IMG/VR virus record: IMGVR_UViG_3300037067_027627
Origin: a virus
Lineage: Duplodnaviria > Heunggongvirae > Uroviricota > Caudoviricetes
Reading direction: 5' to 3' (one strand)
DNA: 64,000 nucleotides
Under the pieces are notes generated by a model, which saw only the letters and a program-made list of their open reading frames with translations, was not told the origin of the DNA and did no database searches. Both the position numbers and the translations under genes were made by a program. Positions within the stretch are counted from its first letter, which is position 1. Each line of letters opens with the position of its first letter. Of the stretch, positions 26,897-36,090 are shown one piece after another.

Positions 26897-27247
26897 TTAT
26901 GATTCCTTCTTTGGATCACGTTCTTCGATAATCGCCGATAGTAAGATGAGGTAATTTCGGGCATCCGAAACTCGTTGTGAGAACCCTTCTGTAGCTCCAG
27001 TCCCGCCCCACCCCAGCCGTGTTCCGGGTCTCATCGCAGCCTTGGCAATAGCTTGGATATGCTTCATCATAAAAACAAGGCATACTTCTTCCGGGGTGAT
27101 CCCAAGTTGATTCGCGGTTGTCTTGAAGTTAACCAATACATCAGTATCGGCAGCATATTCAGATCGCTTTGTTATGAGGAGACTACGTTCAGCCCCCTCG
27201 AACATATTGTAGAGATTTTCAAAAGATTGTTTATCCATGATCTTCAC
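26897..27247 (-). CDS. Hypothetical protein
   Basis: 116-aa ORF. Confidence 0.45.
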   Translation of the reverse strand: MKIMDKQSFENLYNMFEGAERSLLITKRSEYAADTDVLVNFKTTANQLGITPEEVCLVFMMKHIQAIAKAAMRPGTRLGWGGTGATEGFSQRVSDARNYLILLSAIIEERDPKKES

Positions 27248-28674
27248 ACCTGCGCGTTTCTCCGTACCTGATCAAACGTCCAGTCACGGATAATACTCCC
27301 GTTCAGGAACACCGTGTTCAGGACATTATATCCCGGGACACATACTTCGTTTACAGTTGCATAGTGACCATCCTCACACGTGAGGATAAGCCGCCCGCGT
27401 TTGGAGGCTTTTCGCGCGTCTGATACCGGGCGTTTGTAAACGTCGTGCCATACCCCGTCAATATCGATCGCACTGCACTTGAATGCAAAACTCTGGGTAT
27501 CACGATTGACTTTCTGGAGAAGAGCACCGCCCATCCCGAACACGATATTGGACGGGGCGAACCGATACTTTCCGACAACCTCGTATAAAATCTGACTGAT
27601 CATATCGAGGCTGATGTAATCGCCATAGATAACACTGACGTGTGGATCGAGAACACGATACCCGCGTTCATTAACAGTCCCACCGTAGTGCTTCCACAAA
27701 AGTTCGAGAACCTGCAACGACATCCAAACCGGGTCGCCACTGTCTGGGCGGAGGACAACTTTGCCTTTACGCGCGATGATTTGGTCTTTCAGTAACTCAC
27801 CGAAATATTTGTCTGCTGCACGAATTGCATCGTATGAATCAATAACAACAGATGCAATCGCATCGTCCGGAGCACGACCGATGATCTCACGGTACGCTTC
27901 CTCCTCGTTCCCTTCCCCGTAACTGGTCACAGTTGAATGTTCTGCCGCATAAACGGAAAGGAGAATCGGATCGCGACTCATCTTGGCACTGTAATACTTG
28001 TTTGCATACCGTTTCGCAAGTAGATTGTCGCTCCCGGCGAAGTTCACTAAGTGTGCCATCCCGCCAATACCTGCGGTTTCTACAGATGATGCGCCACGGA
28101 ACCCAAAATCGTTCAGGTGCACAATCGATGCATGTTCACCGGCTTTTACTGCCCACCCTTCGATCACTTTACGAACTTCGCGACTCATTGTGGCTACGGT
28201 AATAGGATACCATACCAATTCAAGAAGTCCCTCGTAGAAGTTTGGAAGCCAGAAAGAATCGGGATCCGTGTTCTCAACGGTCATTAACACATTTTTGACC
28301 GGAACGACCATACCCTCTGGTACAGTCTTGATTTGCAGCGGAAGTTTCCCATCAAGATCGTTCGCAATGTGGCGAAAACCCTTCTCGTTGAAAAACTTAA
28401 ACCCGAATATCTCTTCGCTATCTGCAATAGCCTCGTCAATGGTTTCGTTTGTGATAACCTTCCCGGCGAGATATTTCTTCAAGTAATATTGAGTGCCGAA
28501 GCATACCGTTTCCGGGAACATACCCCCGCGACTCTCTAAATACGAGAACACAGTTCTGGTATTCTTTGGATACTGCATCCAGTGAGTTAATTTATATGCG
28601 TCAGTCGCTTCTTCCATGATGCAATCTGCCAAGATTGCCGCAGTGATAGGATTTTCTTTATTTACTTTGTCCAC
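27244..28674 (-). CDS. Nicotinamide phosphoribosyltransferase (NAMPT / NadV-like)
   Basis: 476 aa. The motifs GIGGMAHLVNFAGSDN and NIVFGMGGALLQ match NAMPT-family signatures; the overall length also fits. Confidence 0.7.
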   Translation of the reverse strand: MDKVNKENPITAAILADCIMEEATDAYKLTHWMQYPKNTRTVFSYLESRGGMFPETVCFGTQYYLKKYLAGKVITNETIDEAIADSEEIFGFKFFNEKGFRHIANDLDGKLPLQIKTVPEGMVVPVKNVLMTVENTDPDSFWLPNFYEGLLELVWYPITVATMSREVRKVIEGWAVKAGEHASIVHLNDFGFRGASSVETAGIGGMAHLVNFAGSDNLLAKRYANKYYSAKMSRDPILLSVYAAEHSTVTSYGEGNEEEAYREIIGRAPDDAIASVVIDSYDAIRAADKYFGELLKDQIIARKGKVVLRPDSGDPVWMSLQVLELLWKHYGGTVNERGYRVLDPHVSVIYGDYISLDMISQILYEVVGKYRFAPSNIVFGMGGALLQKVNRDTQSFAFKCSAIDIDGVWHDVYKRPVSDARKASKRGRLILTCEDGHYATVNEVCVPGYNVLNTVFLNGSIIRDWTFDQVRRNAQV

Positions 28675-28678
28675 TGTT

Positions 28679-28930
28679 TCACCTCTTTATTATAAGTTTC
28701 CTTCCCAAGTCAATACCCAGTGCGTCCTGCATCTCGCAATCGTTGTTCTTCGAGCAGGAGTCGCAATTCCCTGTTTCTTCACCGCACAACGTAGTTGCTG
28801 GCAAAACGATATTAACCGCATTCCCACTAGTATCAGTGCAGCGAAGTTCCATGAAACGCCGTCCGTCCGGACACGACATCCCGACAATCATCTGGATCAG
28901 TAAAACTTCCTCTGTCATTTCCTTTTTCAC
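28679..28930 (-). CDS. Small Cys-rich protein
   Basis: CPDGRRFMELRCTD...CGEETGNCDSCSKNNDC. The listed first codon is GTG. The true ATG is probably MTEEV, preceded by GGTGGGTGAAAAAGGAA. Confidence 0.4.
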   Translation of the reverse strand: MKKEMTEEVLLIQMIVGMSCPDGRRFMELRCTDTSGNAVNIVLPATTLCGEETGNCDSCSKNNDCEMQDALGIDLGRKLIIKR

Positions 28931-29135
28931 CCACCTGCAATGCAGGTAATATGAACGGCAGGGAATCGACCCCCGCGCATTTACTCGCTTGTGGTGTTCG
29001 CGAATGCAAACGCGACTTTCCGTGCTTTCACCTTTCGTTCATACCCAACGTTCCCGGATACAAACTCCCCACGGTCTAGGAGTGTCTGAACAGTTTTTGC
29101 AGCAACGTGTACACTTCTTTCTGAAACGTTGGATG

Positions 29136-29176
29136 CCGTGAACGGGGCTTGCACCCGTTCAGCCGCTAGTTCACGG
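29136..29176 (-). repeat. Intergenic tRNA-like minihelix repeat, copy 3; T-loop variant GCTTGCA
   Basis: CCGTGAACGGGGCTTGCACCCGTTCAGCCGCTAGTTCACGG. It abuts the stop of 29177..29632 with a 0-nt gap. Confidence 0.8.
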
Positions 29177-29632
29177 TTACTTGGAGTTCATCATATCTTC
29201 CCATGCGCCATCCGGAATCGTTTCGAGTTTTTTAATAAACCCCAACTCATTCTGTGTTACGTCGCATGGCTGCGGGACTTGATCTATTCCCGGCAATCTC
29301 TCCATCATTTCGCAATCCTTTTCAAACGTAATCGTGTGCCCGTTTAGTTCAACAAGAATAACCCTGTTGAATACCTGTTGCGCAATGAACCAGTTAAACG
29401 TGCGAAAAACGGTTTCACACATCCCTTCTCCAAGGATCCCACCAGCGAAAACAGTGTGTGTTCCGGAATGGAGTATTCTTGTTGTTGCACTGAGGACTGC
29501 AAGAACCGCATTCCTGTCATGGCGATCTATCGTCATCATCCCTTCCACGGTTATTCCGTTACTGCGTGCCGTTATCATTCGTCCCACATTCCCGTTCCAC
29601 TTTGAATTTCGCATCGAGATACATTGTCGCAA
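29177..29632 (-). CDS. Hypothetical protein
   Basis: 151-aa ORF. Confidence 0.45.
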   Translation of the reverse strand: MRQCISMRNSKWNGNVGRMITARSNGITVEGMMTIDRHDRNAVLAVLSATTRILHSGTHTVFAGGILGEGMCETVFRTFNWFIAQQVFNRVILVELNGHTITFEKDCEMMERLPGIDQVPQPCDVTQNELGFIKKLETIPDGAWEDMMNSK

Positions 29633-30092
29633 CTGGATTGAGTTCTATGCGACCCTGATTTTTAAGATAAAACTCTCTGGCACCTTCCAATGGATTCGGG
29701 TGTCCTTGTGCAGCACTCGCGCCAACCATGTCACAATACATCTCTGTCATTGCATCCCATGTCGGGCGTATTGCTCTTACGGGTCTGTAGAAATGTGATC
29801 CGTGCGTTTCCATCACCCAGAATTGCCAGTGATGATCATTCATGTGTTGGTGATGACACCATGCACGGTTAAACGCTTCGTTTTGACGGCTCAACGGGGG
29901 TTCTGTATCGAGATCCCGCCGTTTCCCATTCGGATGGAAGAAATAATTCGCGTATGCAGAGAATTCCGTAAGAGAGAATTTACTCATATCATGGAAAACG
30001 CCACGCCAGAATATCCCTTCGTGCATGCACAACCAGAACACATACCATTTGTGTATCATTGTATACTTGAAGTGCTCCCAGTATTGCCACAT
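29559..30092 (-). CDS. Hypothetical His-rich protein
   Basis: 177-aa ORF (WCHHQHMNDHHWQFW). Confidence 0.45.
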   Translation of the reverse strand: MWQYWEHFKYTMIHKWYVFWLCMHEGIFWRGVFHDMSKFSLTEFSAYANYFFHPNGKRRDLDTEPPLSRQNEAFNRAWCHHQHMNDHHWQFWVMETHGSHFYRPVRAIRPTWDAMTEMYCDMVGASAAQGHPNPLEGAREFYLKNQGRIELNPVATMYLDAKFKVERECGTNDNGTQ

Positions 30093-30650
30093 TTATCTCA
30101 CTGCCTTTTTCCCGAGTTTTAACGGTTTCGGCTTCCGCACGACTTCATACGTGGTTTTCACTGGGAGTACACCAGTATATTCGGTCACAACTGCCTTTCC
30201 GAGTATATCATCGGCGATGCCAAGCGGTATTTCTGAATCTTTCACCATCTTGAGTGATTTGTTATAATCATCGTTCAAATTTTCAAGTTGCTTCAGCCGT
30301 ATCTTCGTATAAGCATCCGGGAACTTCGCCTTGAATGTCGGGATATCTGTAATATGATTACGCATTTGTTTCCCGTATTTTTCCGCAATCATTGCATCAT
30401 CGTCAGATGTTATTTTCTCATTTATAGCTCGTTTTAACAACGTCTCGCGCTGTTTGCTAAGACTCGTCAGATATGGCATAATTTCGTCGTTTATGCGGTT
30501 CATCTCGTCGTCGATCAGTAGAATGCGGGTCAAAACCAACGATGAAGGGCACCCGGTAACATAATCAACATTGGATACTGATTTAATATCAGACGATTGA
30601 ACGGGCAACGGGTTCTCTTTCAGATCTTCTCTTTCATCTTGTGTACTCAT
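30093..30650 (-). CDS. Hypothetical protein
   Basis: 185-aa ORF. Confidence 0.45.
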   Translation of the reverse strand: MSTQDEREDLKENPLPVQSSDIKSVSNVDYVTGCPSSLVLTRILLIDDEMNRINDEIMPYLTSLSKQRETLLKRAINEKITSDDDAMIAEKYGKQMRNHITDIPTFKAKFPDAYTKIRLKQLENLNDDYNKSLKMVKDSEIPLGIADDILGKAVVTEYTGVLPVKTTYEVVRKPKPLKLGKKAVR

Positions 30651-30654
30651 ACTA

Positions 30655-30891
30655 TCATCTTATCCTAAGGCAATTGCAGCATCGCGCGCAAACAATATCG
30701 ACAAGTCCACACCTTGGACATATTCGTAGCGAATAGTCATTACAGTTTTCACCTGCGGGACACTCAAGCCCTGTAGAAATAACCCATAGATGACCCCGTT
30801 TTTTGCATACATTTTCGCGGTTCCATAACTGGATTGACTTCCGCACATGGGCCTTAGTTTTGCGTATCAAATTACGTGTCTGTTCAAACAT
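30655..30891 (-). CDS. Cys-rich zinc-binding protein
   Basis: CPAGENCNDYSLRICPRCGLVDIVCARCCNC. Confidence 0.4.
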   Translation of the reverse strand: MFEQTRNLIRKTKAHVRKSIQLWNRENVCKKRGHLWVISTGLECPAGENCNDYSLRICPRCGLVDIVCARCCNCLRIR

Positions 30892-30912
30892 TCTTTATCC
30901 CTCCGGGATCGA

Positions 30913-31230
30913 TTATAGGAATATTGAATCGGTGTAATCGATGTTATGAACAATCGACTTTCTTATAACACGATATCCCCATTCCTTGAGAGCATTATAT
31001 ACAATCTGTTCCTGCTCTACATAACGTTGTGAAATATCCTTGTATTTCGTTCGTTCATGAGTTTCTAACATCACTTTTAAACGCATGGTATGATGCGATG
31101 ATACGTTTCCTTCTACGAGAATGCAAGTCCAATCGAATATTTTGTTATCAGAGAGCAGCTTGCCATCATAAATAACCAATGCAGTAACAATTAGATCACT
31201 TACACTTTTTTCATCCGTCAATGCCACCAT
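30913..31230 (-). CDS. Hypothetical protein
   Basis: ORF-track entry 30913..31326 trimmed to MVALTDEK. The upstream extension overlaps a tRNA-like T-arm element. Confidence 0.4.
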   Translation of the reverse strand: MVALTDEKSVSDLIVTALVIYDGKLLSDNKIFDWTCILVEGNVSSHHTMRLKVMLETHERTKYKDISQRYVEQEQIVYNALKEWGYRVIRKSIVHNIDYTDSIFL

Positions 31231-31428
31231 ATATCCCACCCGGGAATGTGAATGCCGGGAATCGAACCCGGTAAATTCGTGACGTGAATCACGCCCGCGT
31301 GTTACCATTACACTCTGCTTCCACACCCACAGTGCCCGTTATTCCCCATCCATCTCCGTTCGGTCTTGGAGTACGGTTAATAGGGTATTGATCTGTTGAA
31401 CATCGATAAGTCAGACCCACTGTGGATT

Positions 31429-31468
31429 CCGTGAACGGGGCTCGCACCCATTCGATTTCTGGTCACGG
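31429..31468 (-). repeat. Intergenic tRNA-like minihelix repeat, copy 4
   Basis: CCGTGAACGGGGCTCGCACCCATTCGATTTCTGGTCACGG. The G-to-A change gives a U-G wobble only in the minus-strand RNA. Lies 10 nt after the stop of 31479..32504. Confidence 0.8.
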
Positions 31469-31478
31469 ATATGAAAAA

Positions 31479-32504
31479 TTATGAAGATTGTTTTACCGGC
31501 AGCATGATTGGCATCTGCATTCCAGATCCTGTGGTAGTCCCAGTGGATCCGGTGCCCATCTCTGATGGTGCTACGATAATGAGGTTGCCTTTTGCCCCGA
31601 TACTCTCCAGTGCCTCGATGTATTTCCACTCAATGAGCTGCTGAGAAATACCTTCGGATACTGTATTCTGGAAGTCACGGATACCGTTTGCTTCCGCACG
31701 TTTACGATCTGCTTCTGCTTCTGCCACAGACACTTCAAACCGCTTCTTCTGGATATCCTGTTCCATGTTGAGCTTGGAAGTGATCGAGTCTTTGAGAGAC
31801 TGCGGCGGGTCGATATTGCGGATGTATACCTGTTCAATAACGATCGCGTCTTTAACGCCAACGTTGCTTACACTGTTTCTGATTCCAGTGTCAATCTCTT
31901 TCTCGATTGCCACGCGATCCGAACTGTCCGTTGTTTCTTCGTCAGAGTAGAGTTTCTTTACCTCATACTTGGCAATAACATCACGCGGGACTGCATGCAT
32001 TGGGTTTGTGATGATTGTGTTCTGGTAATCAACACCGACGTGCTTGTATACCTCAACCGCTTTAAGTGGATCGAGATGATAGTTTGCCGCTATGCCTACG
32101 GTAACCGGGAGACCCTCATTCGAGAGTGCCTGAATTGTTGCAGTATCTGACGTCCCGTAATCCATATACCGCTGCGTCTGTACATTCATAGAAATGACAG
32201 ATACCCACGGTGCTTTAAGATGAAGCCCGGGTTGAAGAACGTTGTCGTCAACATTTCCAAACGAATCCTGAATACCCACGTTCCCTGCTGGAACCTGCGC
32301 AATCATTGTCAATGCCAGCACAAGAAGTGCTACAACTGATACACCGATTACTTTTAACATGATAGACCATTTCCCACTAGATTTCACAACTGCGGCTGCA
32401 AGTTCCCAGAGATTGATATCTCCATTGGAGATACATCGAAGTGTTGGTGGTAATAACAAGAACACCCCGACTGCAACTAGCAGAATAGTGCTTACAAATA
32501 CCAT
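31479..32504 (-). CDS. SPFH/band-7 (stomatin/prohibitin/HflK/C-like) membrane protein
   Basis: N-terminal TM helix, then a region typical of the SPFH fold (...AEAEADRKRAEANGIRDFQ...LIEWKYIEALESI). Confidence 0.6.
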   Translation of the reverse strand: MVFVSTILLVAVGVFLLLPPTLRCISNGDINLWELAAAVVKSSGKWSIMLKVIGVSVVALLVLALTMIAQVPAGNVGIQDSFGNVDDNVLQPGLHLKAPWVSVISMNVQTQRYMDYGTSDTATIQALSNEGLPVTVGIAANYHLDPLKAVEVYKHVGVDYQNTIITNPMHAVPRDVIAKYEVKKLYSDEETTDSSDRVAIEKEIDTGIRNSVSNVGVKDAIVIEQVYIRNIDPPQSLKDSITSKLNMEQDIQKKRFEVSVAEAEADRKRAEANGIRDFQNTVSEGISQQLIEWKYIEALESIGAKGNLIIVAPSEMGTGSTGTTTGSGMQMPIMLPVKQSS

Positions 32505-32527
32505 AGAATTTCCACCGCGTTACCCGA

Positions 32528-33004
32528 TTACTTCTGAGAAGTCGTCGTGACACTCATCTTCGACCTGAACAATTCAAGCGTGTCCTTCTGCACCTTGAGA
32601 GAATCGTTCATGATGCTGATGATAATCGCATTCTGGTCAATTACATGCGTGAGAAGTGTCTCGACATCCGGCATCGACTTGGTAGTTGCGTGCTCAATAC
32701 GAACACCTCGCAGGAGAGGATGATTTGAATTCGGCACTTTGATCTTGCTGATGTAGAACGAACGGCTTGCCCAGATTGAAGTCATGCGCTGTAAATCAAC
32801 ACTGTCTTCGTGAAGTTTCCTGTATCTGTCAATGAACTCGTTTGCAGAAAACGAAGTAACTGCCATCAGTTTCTCTTCGTCCGTGACCGAGTACTTGGAC
32901 ACGTAATTCGACTGCTCAAACTCAATGTCCGAAAGTTTAACTCCTTTCGGAATCTGTTTTAGGTGGTTTTTCCCAACCACGCTTGTTCCGGCAAGTTTGC
33001 CCAT
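32528..33004 (-). CDS. Hypothetical protein
   Basis: Start reassigned to MGKLAGTS at 33004, preceded by the SD AGGTGA. The ORF-track N-terminal extension reads through repeat copy 5. Confidence 0.45.
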   Translation of the reverse strand: MGKLAGTSVVGKNHLKQIPKGVKLSDIEFEQSNYVSKYSVTDEEKLMAVTSFSANEFIDRYRKLHEDSVDLQRMTSIWASRSFYISKIKVPNSNHPLLRGVRIEHATTKSMPDVETLLTHVIDQNAIIISIMNDSLKVQKDTLELFRSKMSVTTTSQK

Positions 33005-33042
33005 GCATTTCACCTGTTTTGCCCGCCAACACAGACGGGAAA

Positions 33043-33082
33043 CCGTTAACGGGGCTCGCACCCGTTTGCCTTCTGGTAACGG
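33043..33082 (-). repeat. Intergenic tRNA-like minihelix repeat, copy 5; compensatory outer-stem variant CCGTTA/TAACGG
   Basis: CCGTTAACGGGGCTCGCACCCGTTTGCCTTCTGGTAACGG. The paired double substitution preserves the stem. The variant also creates the stop codon of 33046..33333. Confidence 0.85.
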
Positions 33083-33333
33083 TTGGGTAACCAATTCTTG
33101 TTCACCCATCGCTTACAATTTATGCTCCCGGCTCTTACAAACCCTTCTCTCTTAAGCCACGCTGTAATAGTTTCGTTGAACAATCCTCCGGTTTCCAATT
33201 GTAGTTCGTCACGGTAGACTGCACCGAATTTGTCAATCAACTTTGATGTTGCAGACGTTAGAACCTCGTGGTGAATATTAACCTTCAACTGTGATTCCGG
33301 AATTCTCTTGTAAACCATAGATTCACTCCTCAT
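33046..33333 (-). CDS. Hypothetical protein whose last ~13 codons lie in repeat copy 5
   Basis: 95 aa. The C-terminus ...RYQKANGCEPR is the translated repeat. Confidence 0.45.
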   Translation of the reverse strand: MRSESMVYKRIPESQLKVNIHHEVLTSATSKLIDKFGAVYRDELQLETGGLFNETITAWLKREGFVRAGSINCKRWVNKNWLPNRYQKANGCEPR

Positions 33334-33691
33334 ACTTATTGTTCATTACTCGTAAAACACCTAGTAATGTTACTTGCGCCTGTTCAATTCTTTCAAGAGT
33401 TACCGTGTCTTTCCAATCCGGGCACTGCTTATCCTGAACCAATGTCACGCAGTGATCAATATCTATCGGTATATCCTCACTTTTCAAGTTCTTTCTGAGT
33501 TCCTGAACCGTATGAACAGGGCATCTAGGAAATTCTCGCGTTGGTGGATACCCGTGTAACTGAACCTTTGCATCAAATAAGAAACTAGATGTCTCGAACA
33601 ACTCGAACATGATATCTGTGCGAGTCTGCTTAAGTTGCCGATGAAACTCATGTCTCCACGAATACATAATGATACACCTATTATCATGCAA
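33323..33691 (-). CDS. Hypothetical protein
   Basis: 122-aa ORF. Confidence 0.45.
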   Translation of the reverse strand: MHDNRCIIMYSWRHEFHRQLKQTRTDIMFELFETSSFLFDAKVQLHGYPPTREFPRCPVHTVQELRKNLKSEDIPIDIDHCVTLVQDKQCPDWKDTVTLERIEQAQVTLLGVLRVMNNKYEE

Positions 33692-33708
33692 TCAATGCCG
33701 CGATCGCG

Positions 33709-33921
33709 TCATAGAGATGTTCCTAATACGAAGAATACCGAAAACGCAATAGCCAATGGGTATTTCATAATATGATCTTCTGGGAGTTTCGCAAACCCCA
33801 CTGTGAAAAAGCAAGACACCCCAAAGCAAATCGTTGCAACCGTAGAAGTCATGGCATAATCACCAGTTTCGGCAGATACGGAATCAATCCGAATACGGCA
33901 ACCAATATTCCAAAAACGCAA
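33709..33921 (-). CDS. Small membrane protein
   Basis: 70 aa, hydrophobic. Confidence 0.35.
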   Translation of the reverse strand: MRFWNIGCRIRIDSVSAETGDYAMTSTVATICFGVSCFFTVGFAKLPEDHIMKYPLAIAFSVFFVLGTSL

Positions 33922-34064
33922 ACCGCGAATGATGCAAGAGCATCGGCATCATAATAATGTATAACGAACACCGACTCCAGCACCGTCGAATAGAAGTATA
34001 ATGCAAAGATGACCGCGATCACGAAACCTATCGGTATGAAAACCCATTGCGAAATTACAACCAT
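33849..34064 (-). CDS. Small membrane protein
   Basis: 71 aa with two hydrophobic helices. Overlaps the previous ORF, so only one of the two may be real. Confidence 0.35.
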   Translation of the reverse strand: MVVISQWVFIPIGFVIAVIFALYFYSTVLESVFVIHYYDADALASFAVCVFGILVAVFGLIPYLPKLVIMP

Positions 34065-34091
34065 GTAATCACCAGAAAAATAGTGCGGTGA

Positions 34092-35589
34092 TTATCTCAC
34101 CGCGTTGATGTCAATCCTCTCGACTTCATCGACAAGTGTAGTTCCATTCATCTCGTAAAGATTCAGGAACCGCAGAGAGTTGTCTGCCCACCCGCCAACT
34201 GTGCAGTGCTTCCGCTCGCCCTCTGGGAACTGCGTGGTTCCGTAGTGCGCCAGATCGAACGTGTACACGAACGGGTTGTTTCCGGTCTTGATACGGAACG
34301 ACCTGAAAGCATCGTAGCAACTTGGTCGCCCGTATCCCTGCTCGTCCGTGAAGAAGATAATCCGGTCTACATCAGGCATATCCTTTGCGACTGCGCTAAT
34401 ACACAGTCCGGTGTGGGTTGATCCGCCGGTTCTATCTCCAGCATCACGTATCTTGTCTACGTTTGTGAGGATACTGTCCCGTGGGTTTGCCCGAACAATC
34501 GACACGCTTGTACCGAATGCGTATACCTTGCAATCATCAGCGCGCGATGCAACCATAGCTCCGAAGACGTTTCCGATATCCTTGTGAGTTACCATAGACT
34601 TCTCGTGGATACTACTGTTCATCGATCCGCTGTTATCACAGAATACCGCAGTTTTCCCCGGGATGCAAGTCATATTCTCTGCGCTAACCGCCATTGCGTC
34701 TGACAGTGCCGCCTTGATCTTCTCTACCCCGTTGTAGTTAAGGCTCTCGATCTGTCTGTATGCAGTGTAGTACTGCACCGGGATCATTCGTGATCTACGC
34801 ACACGATCTTCATCTGCAACTTCTGCACAAACATCACTGATGTTGACACCGCGCTTCATAAGGTTGCGAAGGTTTCGGATGATACCAAGGTATCCCATTG
34901 CATCAAGGATGTGTGTCCAGTTCTTCTTTGTGGAACCGTTGACCATGATATAGTTCTCCCATGTCTCCGGAAGAGGCAGAGTGCCACCGATAATGTTCTG
35001 GAACATTGTCTCCTGCCCATCGCGTGGCTTTGGGTGTGTCAGGAACATAACGTCCCGTGGCTTGATCATCATGTCATCCTTCGTATACTTGGCAAACTGG
35101 TAACTGTCGAAGCTCACGAACGCCTTCGCAAGACCGCGCTTGATCGCCATTGGCAGGTAAGTTCTCTCCATCTTGTACTGCTTGTTCAGCATCATACAAT
35201 ATGCAAGAAGCTCTGTCATGTCGTCCACACGCTTGATCGACTTCGCAACGTAGTTCGAACCATTCGGGATGTCCTTTGCCCCTGCGTAGATCGCCTCAGC
35301 GAGAATCACCGTTGTGGGTGTTCTCATGTTGAACCGGTTACGCGTGTACCAAGCACCTTTGAGTGCGAGTTCCGGGTCATCCGATCTCGAAATGTTCCGG
35401 ATAAGATCGACAAATCTCTTGTTCGATGCCTCTCCCGACTCGTAAAACGTATTCATCTTCGCAACGGTTGTTGCCGCGCGCAGGATGAACTCCAGCTTCT
35501 CGGATGGCTTGAATGCCTCTCCACCCTCGTAGTTCACGGTGACCTTTGCAGCCACCTTTCTCTTTCCAACTGTCTTGTTAAACTGCATG
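34092..35589 (-). CDS. rsr: Ro60-like TROVE-domain protein with a C-terminal vWA domain (Rsr ortholog)
   Basis: ~500 aa, alpha-helical repeat N-terminal region plus C-terminal MIDAS FCDNSGSM; this architecture and length match Ro60/Rsr. Start placed at MQFNK, which has SD GAGGTGA 6 nt upstream. Confidence 0.65.
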
Positions 35590-35633
35590 TTTCTCACCTC
35601 ATGAGATTGTATTCGCATCACGATACGGTGAAA

Positions 35634-35686
35634 GCGGAATGGCGGGGTTGCACCGCAGCGCGCAAGGCTTCAAGCCCTTATTCCGC
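35634..35686 (-). ncRNA. tRNA-like mini-RNA: acceptor-like stem GCGGAAU/AUUCCGC enclosing a T-arm-like hairpin (UGCAACC loop) and a second hairpin
   Basis: Perfect 7-bp inverted repeat closes two internal hairpins. Same strand as rsr and 45 nt upstream of it. Confidence 0.35.
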
Positions 35687-35877
35687 ATTGATCGAAAGTG
35701 GGGTTATCATGTGGATCTGGTTTAATATTTGTTTCAGATCGTTTGTGACACTTCGGGAAACGACCAAACCCGGACGGAGTTGAACCGCCTAATTTTAGTT
35801 CCGTAGACTAATGTGTAACCGAAGTAACCATTTCCAATCGCATCCCCACCAAATTTACATGAGACCTGAATGGAACG

Positions 35878-35980
35878 TGGAGAGATTGTGCGGGTCAGGC
35901 TTTGCCCTTTCGGGCGAGTTACGGATTCATGTGTAGTGAAATATAACGATGAAACCTTCCCCTGTCGCAACTCCACTGTG
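35878..35980 (-). ncRNA. Y-RNA-like structured RNA, unit A
   Basis: Minus-strand RNA. Terminal helices GUGGAG..CUCCAC and UGCG..CGCA around an internal loop. Internal hairpin UCGCCC-GAAA-GGGCAA (GNRA loop). Conserved block GCGACAGGGGAAGGUUUCAUCGUU shared with unit B. Confidence 0.45.
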
Positions 35981-35996
35981 TAAACATAATAGCAAT

Positions 35997-36090
35997 GGTG
36001 CGTTATTATGCGGGTCTCGCAGCCCTCCCCGAAGGGAGGAATTGTTAACCTAGATGTAAACGATGAAACGATTCCCTGTCGCATCGCACC
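35997..36090 (-). ncRNA. Y-RNA-like structured RNA, unit B (tandem paralog of A)
   Basis: Terminal helices GGUGCG..CGCACC and AUGCG..CGCAU. Hairpin CUCCC-UUCG-GGGAG (UNCG loop). T-arm-like GGGC-UGCGAGA-CCCG. Tetraloops are canonical only in the minus sense. Confidence 0.45.

Noticed and set aside
31411-33109. ORF-track proteins or N-terminal extensions containing ...ANGCEPRS..., ...GASPVHGLP..., MGEQELVTQPLPEGKRVRAPLTV and similar peptides, which look like a repeated protein motif.
   Set aside because: These peptides are just translations of the intergenic minihelix repeat in different frames. They arise from ORFs initiated at non-ATG codons, or extended upstream of the real SD-led start. 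Only 33046..33333 genuinely ends inside a repeat.
35734-36084. 116-aa ORF on the minus strand upstream of the TROVE gene.
   Set aside because: It runs through two tandem duplicated structured-RNA units with GNRA and UUCG tetraloops and long terminal stems. It has no SD and an implausible composition. It is treated as non-coding Y-RNA-like sequence.
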